From NCBI GenBank assembly GCA_037257225.1, contig JAYCWP010000023.1, forward strand, positions 86 through 64,085: a stretch of 64,000 nt of DNA, in the 5' to 3' direction. The first letter of the stretch is position 1; each line of letters starts with the position of its first letter. The notes beneath the pieces are model-generated. The model saw only the letters and a program-made list of their open reading frames with translations. It did no database searches and was not told the DNA's origin. Of this stretch, positions 57,408-64,000 are shown piece after piece. A program made the position numbers and the translations under genes. The stretch comes from Lawsonibacter sp. Lineage in GTDB: Bacteria > Bacillota > Clostridia > Oscillospirales > Oscillospiraceae.

Positions 57408-58733
57408 TTAATCCTCCTTCTCGCCCTTCTGCCGGACGGTAAGGCGCACCGGGGTGCCCTCCAGACCGAAGGTGGAGCGGATCTGATTTTCCAGATAGCG
57501 CTGATAGGAGAAGTGGAACAGCCGTGCATCGTTGCAGAAGCAGACAAAGTGGGGGGGCTTGATCCCAACCTGGGTCATATAGTAGATCTTCAGACGGCGG
57601 CCCTTGTCCGTAGGGGGCTGCACCCGGGCGGTGGCGTCAGCCAGGACGTTGTTGAGCATCCCGGTAGTGATGCGCATAGCGGCCTGGTCGTTCACATAGC
57701 GGATCAGCTCAAACAGACGGCCCACCCGCTGGCCCGTCAGGGCAGAGATGAACACGATGGGGGCATAGGTCATATAGGACAGGTCCCGCATCACATCCTG
57801 GCGCATCTTGTCCATGGTCTTGCCATCCTTCTCGATGGCGTCCCACTTGTTGACCACGATGATGCAGGCCTTGCCGGCCTCGTGGGCCAGACCGGCTACC
57901 TTAGTGTCCTGCTCGGTAACCCCTTCCTGGGCATCGATGAGGATGAGGCACACGTCGCTGCGCTCGATGGCCATGGTGGAACGGAGGACGGAGAACTTCT
58001 CGATCCGGTCGTCCACCTTGGACTTCTTCCGCATCCCGGCGGTGTCGATGAAGCAGAACTTTCCCTGCTCGTTCTCATAGTAGCTGTCGATGGCGTCCCG
58101 GGTGGTCCCCGCCACGTTGGAGACGATGACCCGCTCCTCTCCCAAAATGCGGTTGATTAGAGAGGACTTGCCCACATTGGGCTTTCCGATGACCGCCACC
58201 TTGATGACGTCGTCGTCCTCCTCCTCTTCCTCCTCGGGGGGGAAGTATGCAAAGCAGGCGTCCAGCAGGTCGCCGGTGCCGTGGCCATGGACGGCGGAGA
58301 CCGCGATGGGATCCCCCAGGCCCAGGTTGTAGAACTCATAGATGTCCGGATTCTCCCGGCCGGTCTGGTCGGCCTTGTTCACCGCCAGCACCACCGGCTT
58401 GCCGGAGCGCAGGAGCATATTGGCTACCTCCTGGTCAGAGGCAGTCATTCCGGTCTTGATGTCACACACAAAGACGATCACGGTGGCGGTAGAGATGGCG
58501 ATTTCCGCCTGCTCCCGCATAAAGGCCAGAATCTGATCATCGGTGCCCGGCTCGATGCCGCCGGTGTCCACGATGTCGAACACCCGGTTACGCCACTCGC
58601 AAGGGGCGTAAATGCGGTCCCGGGTAACCCCGGGGGTGTCCTCCACAATGGACAGCCGACGGCCGCACAGCTTATTGAAGAGCATGGACTTTCCCACATT
58701 GGGCCGGCCCACGATAGCAACTAATGGTTTCAT
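57408..58733 (-). CDS. der: ribosome biogenesis GTPase Der (EngA)
   Basis: Two G domains (GRPNVGKS...DTGG, GKPNVGKSS...DTAG) plus a KH-like C-terminus. Confidence 0.95.
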   Translation of the reverse strand: MKPLVAIVGRPNVGKSMLFNKLCGRRLSIVEDTPGVTRDRIYAPCEWRNRVFDIVDTGGIEPGTDDQILAFMREQAEIAISTATVIVFVCDIKTGMTASDQEVANMLLRSGKPVVLAVNKADQTGRENPDIYEFYNLGLGDPIAVSAVHGHGTGDLLDACFAYFPPEEEEEEDDDVIKVAVIGKPNVGKSSLINRILGEERVIVSNVAGTTRDAIDSYYENEQGKFCFIDTAGMRKKSKVDDRIEKFSVLRSTMAIERSDVCLILIDAQEGVTEQDTKVAGLAHEAGKACIIVVNKWDAIEKDGKTMDKMRQDVMRDLSYMTYAPIVFISALTGQRVGRLFELIRYVNDQAAMRITTGMLNNVLADATARVQPPTDKGRRLKIYYMTQVGIKPPHFVCFCNDARLFHFSYQRYLENQIRSTFGLEGTPVRLTVRQKGEKED

Positions 58734-58788
58734 AGCGTTTCCTCCTGTATTTCAAAGAGGAGCAGAGGCGTCTAGCCGCCCGCTCCAG

Positions 58789-60162
58789 TTATCTGTATTG
58801 AAAATATTCGGTCTCCTCCCGCAGCTGAACCTGTTCCGGAGGCGGAACCTCCAGACCGCACACCGCATCCAGCAGTTCAAATCCGTCCTGGGCAACTGGG
58901 ATCACTGGCACCCCCAGCTCCCGCTCCACATCATCCAAAGAGACATCATCCAAAAATACCCGCTCCCCGGCCCGGAGCATATTGGCCGGGATCAGCAGCC
59001 GCTGTCCCAGATCCCGCCCCCGCAGTTGGGCGATCAGATCGCCGCCGGTCACCAGCCCAGCCACCGTGATAGTATGGCCGAAAAAGTCGTTGCGGATGGG
59101 GTACACCGTCCCCTGAATGGCCTCGCACTTCTCCTGGGCCCGGGCCACCAGCTGCTCCAGAAAGGGGGCGGCAGACACTCCGGTGGCGATGGCAAATGGG
59201 GTCGCATCCTCCATCTCCTCCGGCTCCATCAGATCCAGACCCCGGGCAAACTCCCGGGACAGCAGGGTGAGCATCCCCACCCCGTTATCCAGCTGGGTAA
59301 ATTCCTCAAAATACTCCTCCGGTGGCAGCTCCCGTCCCGCCAGCAGGTAGAACTCGTCGGAGCACCAGACCAGCCGGGTCCCGGTACGCGCCCGGTGCGC
59401 CTCGGCGAAGTCCTCCACCTGGCTGATGAGGGCATCTGCCTCCTCCCGGGTGTACGGGCGCAGTGGGTACAGCCCCTCCCGGAACTTGGTCACGCCCACC
59501 GGGACCACTGAGATGCTGTTCACCGATGGATACATCTCCGCCAGATCCCGAAGTGTCTTGTCCAGGGCAGGTCCATCATTGACGCCGGGGCAGGATACAA
59601 TCTGGCAGTTCATGGTGATGTGGTTCTGGGCAAAGCGCTCCATAATACCAATAGATTCCCCAGCCCGCCGGTTTTTCAGCATCCGGCACCGCAATTCCCT
59701 GTCTGTGGTGTGAACAGACACATTGATTGGGGAGATACGCAGGTCAATGATCCGCTGAACCTCTCTCTGGGAAAGGTTGGTCAGCGTAAGGTAATTTCCC
59801 ATCAGGAAACTGAGCCGTGCATCGTCATCCTTGAAGTACAAACTCTTCCGCATTCCCTTTGGCATCTGGTCCACAAAGCAGAAAATACAGTTGTTTGCAC
59901 AGGAACGGGCACGGTCCATGAGGTAGGTCTCAAACTCCAGGCCCAGGTCCTCGCCCTCCTCCTTGCGGATATGCACAGTGCGGCGGCTGCCGTCCGGCTC
60001 TTGGAGCCCCAGGGTCAGCCGCGGATCATAGGTGTAAAATTTATAGTCCAGCACATCCACCACCGGCTTACCATTGACCTCCAGCAGTGTCTCTCCTGGA
60101 CGGATACCCGCCCGGCTGGCGGGACTGCGGGGATCTACGGTTCGGATCACAGTCCGGCTCAT
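58789..60162 (-). CDS. DUF512 domain protein (PDZ + radical-SAM-like, TIGR03279 family)
   Basis: N-terminal PDZ (SPASRAGIRPGETLLEVNG), then CANNCIFCFVDQ. It has the conserved position upstream of der in Clostridia. Confidence 0.85.
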   Translation of the reverse strand: MSRTVIRTVDPRSPASRAGIRPGETLLEVNGKPVVDVLDYKFYTYDPRLTLGLQEPDGSRRTVHIRKEEGEDLGLEFETYLMDRARSCANNCIFCFVDQMPKGMRKSLYFKDDDARLSFLMGNYLTLTNLSQREVQRIIDLRISPINVSVHTTDRELRCRMLKNRRAGESIGIMERFAQNHITMNCQIVSCPGVNDGPALDKTLRDLAEMYPSVNSISVVPVGVTKFREGLYPLRPYTREEADALISQVEDFAEAHRARTGTRLVWCSDEFYLLAGRELPPEEYFEEFTQLDNGVGMLTLLSREFARGLDLMEPEEMEDATPFAIATGVSAAPFLEQLVARAQEKCEAIQGTVYPIRNDFFGHTITVAGLVTGGDLIAQLRGRDLGQRLLIPANMLRAGERVFLDDVSLDDVERELGVPVIPVAQDGFELLDAVCGLEVPPPEQVQLREETEYFQYR

Positions 60163-60315
60163 CCCTCTGACTCCTCTCTATAGAGGTGATGTACCCACAC
60201 CACCCCCATCTTACATGGTTTCTTTTATTGTACAATAGCCTTTCCCGGATTTCAACCCAAAATCCGGTTCCTTTTCCCTCTCCTGCACCCTCTGGCGTCT
60301 ATTCTCCAGTTTTAC

Positions 60316-60344
60316 TTGCAAATACGGTGGAAATGGCCTACAAT
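60316..60344 (+). promoter_or_regulatory. candidate promoter for the gtr-like cassette
   Basis: TTGCAA (60316-60321), a 17-nt spacer, then TACAAT (60339-60344). Confidence 0.5.
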
Positions 60345-60410
60345 AGCAAGAGATCTTGATCGATGCGCCCCAACCTGTGCGCTGTTCACACTGTTTAGGA
60401 GGTCCCTTAT

Positions 60411-62015
60411 ATGCCCCTTGACCGCATCGCAGCCCGCCTGCGACAACGGATCCCGGCCACTTCGTTGGCCGCATTCCTGTCCTGCTTTTTGTCAGGCTAT
60501 CTCATTCATCTTTTTGCCTTTACCAATTTGATCCCCAACTCAGACGGTCTCAGCCGAGTGTTCGATCCCCAACAGATGACGGTATCCGGCCGGTGGTTCC
60601 TCCACTATGCCTCCGCCCTCAACGGTTTTACTCAGATGCCAGCCCTCATCGGCTTTCTGTCCATGGTGTTTCTCTCCCTGGCGGCGGCCGCCGCTGTTCT
60701 GATCCTGGGGCTGCACAGCCGCACGTTGTCCGCCCTGGCCGGCGTACTTATGGCCGCCTTCCCCTGTCTGGGGTACACCTTCCTCTATATGTTCACCGCC
60801 TCCGCATATTGCCTGGCTATCCTGCTGGCGGTACTGTCCGTGCATCTGGCGCAGAAGGGCGGCTGGCCCCGAAGCCTTGCGGCCTGTCTCCTTCTGGCCT
60901 TGTCTATGGGGATCTATCAGGCCTATGCCGCAGTAGCCATCTCCCTGTCCGTACTGGCGGTGCTCCGGGAATGTCTGGACCATCGGGCTGACTGGAAGGG
61001 CACCCTGCATCTTGGTCTTCGGCTGATGGGTATGCTGGCTGCTGGGGCCGCCTTGTACTACGGCCTGCTCCAGCTGTTCCTCTCCGTTAAGGGGCTGGAG
61101 CTGCTCAGCTATCTGGGCATGAGCCAGGCCGGCGGCGGCTATCCCATTGCCCAACTGCCTCATCTAATTCTCTCCGCTTATAAGCAGGTCCTGGTATTTT
61201 TCTTTCTGCCTGGCTCTTCCAGTCCCTTTACCACTCCGGTTCTGGTACTGCTGGACCTTCTGGCTCTGGCCCTGGGTGCTCTGTTCTGCTTCACCGCCCT
61301 TACACGCCGCTCCCTGTGGAAGCAGCCCTGGCGGCCTGTAGGCGGACTGGTCATGGTGGCTCTTCTCCCTCTAGCGGCGGGCTTCGCCCAGATCATCGCC
61401 CCCTTCTCCGATGCCACCCCCATTATGAAGTATGCCTATGTCTCCATCTACCTAGCGGTGGTGCTGGCCGCCGATTTGGGTCTGAGCCTCCTCCCCCGCC
61501 CCCGTGGAACCACCGCCGGCTCTTGGGCGGTGGCGGGCTGTCTGGTCTGCCTGTGCCTCTATGGGGTCAACATCAACAACCTGCTCTACACTGCCTCCGC
61601 CCAGGCCCACCGGGCCACCCTCAGCTACGCCACCCGCCTGCTCTCCCGCATCGAGAGCTGCCCCAGCTACACCGGTGAGGAAGAGGTCGTCATCATTGGC
61701 TCCTTCCCCACCGACAGGATCTATGCCTCTATCGAGAGCTATGCCCTGGTAGACCATTACAGTGTCCCCATGGACACCGTGGCCCCGCTAAACAAACACA
61801 TCTATTACTATCTCAACGACTGGCTCAATGTCCCCCTGGAGGAGCCCGACGAGGAGACCATGAAATCCGTTTCCAAGTCCGCCGCCTTCCGCCGGATGCC
61901 CCTCTACCCCGCCGACGGCAGTGTACAACGCATCGACGGTCGGATTGTAGTTAAGATCCAGAAGGAATACACCCCCAAGAGCGACTATGAGCTTGCATAC
62001 GAAAACAGGAGCTGA
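60411..62015 (+). CDS. polytopic membrane protein, GtrII-like glucosyltransferase domain
   Basis: 534 aa with about 10 TM helices followed by a soluble C-terminal domain. The N-terminus ...FAFTNLIPNSDGLSRVFDPQQMTVSGRWFLHY resembles the Glucos_trans_II family. Its position next to gtrB/gtrA-like genes supports the call. Confidence 0.6.
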   Translation: MPLDRIAARLRQRIPATSLAAFLSCFLSGYLIHLFAFTNLIPNSDGLSRVFDPQQMTVSGRWFLHYASALNGFTQMPALIGFLSMVFLSLAAAAAVLILGLHSRTLSALAGVLMAAFPCLGYTFLYMFTASAYCLAILLAVLSVHLAQKGGWPRSLAACLLLALSMGIYQAYAAVAISLSVLAVLRECLDHRADWKGTLHLGLRLMGMLAAGAALYYGLLQLFLSVKGLELLSYLGMSQAGGGYPIAQLPHLILSAYKQVLVFFFLPGSSSPFTTPVLVLLDLLALALGALFCFTALTRRSLWKQPWRPVGGLVMVALLPLAAGFAQIIAPFSDATPIMKYAYVSIYLAVVLAADLGLSLLPRPRGTTAGSWAVAGCLVCLCLYGVNINNLLYTASAQAHRATLSYATRLLSRIESCPSYTGEEEVVIIGSFPTDRIYASIESYALVDHYSVPMDTVAPLNKHIYYYLNDWLNVPLEEPDEETMKSVSKSAAFRRMPLYPADGSVQRIDGRIVVKIQKEYTPKSDYELAYENRS

Positions 62016-62019
62016 TCCC

Positions 62020-62976
62020 ATGGAAGCTGTAACCCCCCGCACCGGACTGCTGTCCGTGGTATTACCCGCCTATAATGAGGAGGAGTCCGTTCCTCTGGCC
62101 GCCCGAACCATCGGCGGCCTGCTGATGGAGGCGGATATTCCCTATGAGCTGCTCTTCGTCAATGACGGCTCCCGAGACCACACCTGGCAGGCCATCCAGG
62201 AAGCCGCCGCACAGGATCCCCGGGTGCGGGGTATACGTTTCTCCCGAAACTTCGGCAAGGAGGCCGCTATCTTCGCCGGCCTGGCCCAGGCCCGTGGTGC
62301 GTGCTGTGTCGTTTTGGACTGTGACCTCCAGCATCCGCCAGAGAAGATTTTGGAGATGTACCACCTCTGGCAGGAGGGCTGGCAGGTGGTGGAGGGCGTT
62401 AAGGTCAGCCGTGGCCGTGAAAATCCCATCCACACCTTTGCCGCCCGGACCTTCTACCGCTTTCTCAGCGGAGCCACCCGGATTGATATGTCCCGCGCCT
62501 CCGACTTCAAGCTGTTGGACCGCCGGGCGGTGGATGTGCTTATTGCCATGCGGGAGAAAAACGCTTTCTTCCGAGCCCTGTCCTCCTGGATTGGCTTTGA
62601 CACCACTCAAGTAGAATTTGAAGTTCAGCCCAGAGCCGCTGGCTCCTCCAAGTGGTCCATCCGCAGCCTCACCCGCTATGCCATTACCAACCTGGCCTCC
62701 TTCTCTACCGCCCCCCTTCAGCTGGTCACCTTGTTGGGAGTACTGGTTTTTCTCTCCTCTCTGGTACTTGGTACCCACTCCCTATGGCAGAAGCTGAACG
62801 GGCAGGCCCTGGAGGGCTTCACCACGGTGATCCTCCTGCTTCTCCTCATCGGCAGTGTGCTGATGATCTGTTTGGGCATCATCGGCTACTACATTGCCAA
62901 GATCTATGAGGAGATCAAGGACCGGCCCCGGTACATCGTGGCCGACGAGTGCGGAGGCCGCCGGGATGAGGAATAA
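62020..62976 (+). CDS. gtrB: GT2 bactoprenol-phosphate glycosyltransferase (GtrB-like)
   Basis: LSVVLPAYNEEESV...VNDGSRD...DCDLQHPPE... plus two C-terminal TM helices. ATG 62020 follows ACAGGAG. Confidence 0.85.
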   Translation: MEAVTPRTGLLSVVLPAYNEEESVPLAARTIGGLLMEADIPYELLFVNDGSRDHTWQAIQEAAAQDPRVRGIRFSRNFGKEAAIFAGLAQARGACCVVLDCDLQHPPEKILEMYHLWQEGWQVVEGVKVSRGRENPIHTFAARTFYRFLSGATRIDMSRASDFKLLDRRAVDVLIAMREKNAFFRALSSWIGFDTTQVEFEVQPRAAGSSKWSIRSLTRYAITNLASFSTAPLQLVTLLGVLVFLSSLVLGTHSLWQKLNGQALEGFTTVILLLLLIGSVLMICLGIIGYYIAKIYEEIKDRPRYIVADECGGRRDEE

Positions 62977-63406
62977 ACTTAAGCAACTTCTGGACCCCAC
63001 TCTCTTCCGCTTTTTGTTGGTGGGTGTAGTCAACACCGCTGTAGGCTATGGAATCATGTTCGGCCTGTACAATCTGGCCGGGCTCTATGCCTGGGGTGAT
63101 CTTGGCTACTGGATCTCCTCCGCCGCCAACTATGTCGTGGGCAGCGTGGTCAGTTTCTTTCTCAACAAACACTTCACCTTCCGCAATCAGGAGCGCGGGG
63201 CCGGCGTGGTGCTCCGTTTTGCGGTGAATATCGCCGTGTGTTGGGCCCTGGCCTACGGTCTGGCCAAGCCGGCCACTGTCTGGCTGCTGTCTGGAACCGG
63301 ATGGAGCCCACAGCTTCAGGGCAACCTATCTATGCTGGCCGGTTCCGGTCTGTTTGTTCTGCTCAACTACTTCGGCCAGCGCTTTTTCGCCTTCCGCAGC
63401 AGATAA
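62966..63406 (+). CDS. gtrA: GtrA family membrane protein
   Basis: 146 aa with 4 TM helices. FRFLLVGVVNTAVGYG...FFLNKHFTFR. Overlaps gtrB by 11 nt. Confidence 0.85.
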   Translation: MRNKLKQLLDPTLFRFLLVGVVNTAVGYGIMFGLYNLAGLYAWGDLGYWISSAANYVVGSVVSFFLNKHFTFRNQERGAGVVLRFAVNIAVCWALAYGLAKPATVWLLSGTGWSPQLQGNLSMLAGSGLFVLLNYFGQRFFAFRSR

Positions 63407-63408
63407 GC

Positions 63409-63454
63409 AAATATCCAACGGGAGCCTTGCTTTGGCTCCCGTTGGATATTTTTG
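63409..63454 (+). terminator. intrinsic terminator after gtrA
   Basis: 18-bp stem AATATCCAACGGGAGCC/GGCTCCCGTTGGATATT followed by TTTT. Confidence 0.85.
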
Positions 63455-63632
63455 AATCTGACCCTTTTTCAGGTAAAACTGCGGTTTTTCTCCCTTTGCA
63501 ACCGCTGGTTGTCAAATTGTATCCCATTTTTGGTTGTGCTGCAGGCCCTTTTTTGCTATCCTTTACCCTGCGAAAGGAACTCAGCTCAGTTCCAGCATAC
63601 CCCCGCACAGACACAAACAGGAGGTCTATCCC

Positions 63633-64000
63633 ATGGAATTTCAACAGCGGCTCTATGAGCTGCGAAAGCAGTCCAGTCTGAGCCAGGAGGGGCTGGCCAG
63701 CCTGTTGGGCGTCACCCGTCAGGCAGTCCAGAAGTGGGAGTCTGGCTCCTCCCGGCCTGACATGGACAACCTGGCCGCCCTGGCCCGGTACTTCAATGTG
63801 AGCCTGGACTATCTGGTGACCGGCGAGGAGCGGCCTGCTCCTCCTCCAGCCGCCACCATCATCAACAACTACTACTCTCGCTGGCACTATGAGTACAAGA
63901 GCCAGCGCACCCTGTTCGGTCCCCCTCTGATCCACGTCCGCTTTGGAGAGCGAGGACTCTGCACTGCCCGGGGGATCGTGGCCATTGGGAACTGCGCTGT
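63633..64000 (+). CDS. XRE-family helix-turn-helix protein (3'-truncated by the window end)
   Basis: MEFQQRLYELRKQSSLSQEGLASLLGVTRQAVQKWESGSSRPDMDNLAALARYFNVSLDYLV. AGGAGG lies 7 nt before ATG 63633. It is absent from the ORF track because no stop codon falls inside the window. Confidence 0.8.
   Translation, partial: MEFQQRLYELRKQSSLSQEGLASLLGVTRQAVQKWESGSSRPDMDNLAALARYFNVSLDYLVTGEERPAPPPAATIINNYYSRWHYEYKSQRTLFGPPLIHVRFGERGLCTARGIVAIGNCA

Noticed and set aside
63363-63935. 190-aa minus-strand ORF spanning the gtrA terminator and the XRE gene
   Set aside because: It crosses a strong terminator hairpin and lies antisense to a clear HTH protein with a good RBS.

Overview
This is 64 kb of a high-GC (about 58-60% by eye) Clostridia-type chromosome. 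Supporting signs are the sporulation genes spoIIID and ylmC/ymxH, a DUF512-der-plsY-gpsA block, GGAGG ribosome-binding sites and many TTGACA-17-TATAAT-like promoters. An Oscillospiraceae/Ruminococcaceae-like origin is only a guess. The content is mostly core and densely packed:
- 4 tRNAs (Asp, Val, Arg, Ala)
- glycolysis and fermentation genes (two pfk paralogues, ackA, glpK, an Fe-ADH, gpsA)
- two aminoacyl-tRNA synthetases (trpS, alaS)
- a 9-gene purine cluster (purE-C-F-M-N, then a purO-like gene, an AICARFT-only purH and purD)
- thyA-folA
- envelope genes (tagO/wecA-like, wecB, cls, PAP2, a gtrII/gtrB/gtrA-like cassette, VanW, peptidoglycan-binding proteins)
- glgB
- several conserved proteins of unknown function

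I found no CRISPR array, transposase, integrase, phage module or recognisable defence system. I cannot point to an obviously new multi-gene system.

The items most worth a second look are:
1. A T-box leader whose specifier reads as Ala (GCC). It precedes a PhzF-like isomerase and a lipoprotein, with alaS third. A tRNA-Ala(GGC) gene lies just beyond alaS.
2. A ZTP riboswitch driving a split-purH operon. That operon also carries a tiny membrane ORF and a DUF1266/DUF2185 fusion gene.
3. An unclassified leader upstream of purE, made of a promoter, a strong RBS, a 28-codon ORF and a terminator.
4. A PurF homologue lacking the N-terminal catalytic Cys.
5. A Cys/Pro-rich collagen-like (BclA-like) gene with 54-bp tandem repeats, next to a GT2-TPR glycosyltransferase.

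Protein calls rest on motif recognition by eye. Start codons were chosen by RBS spacing and are not verified.
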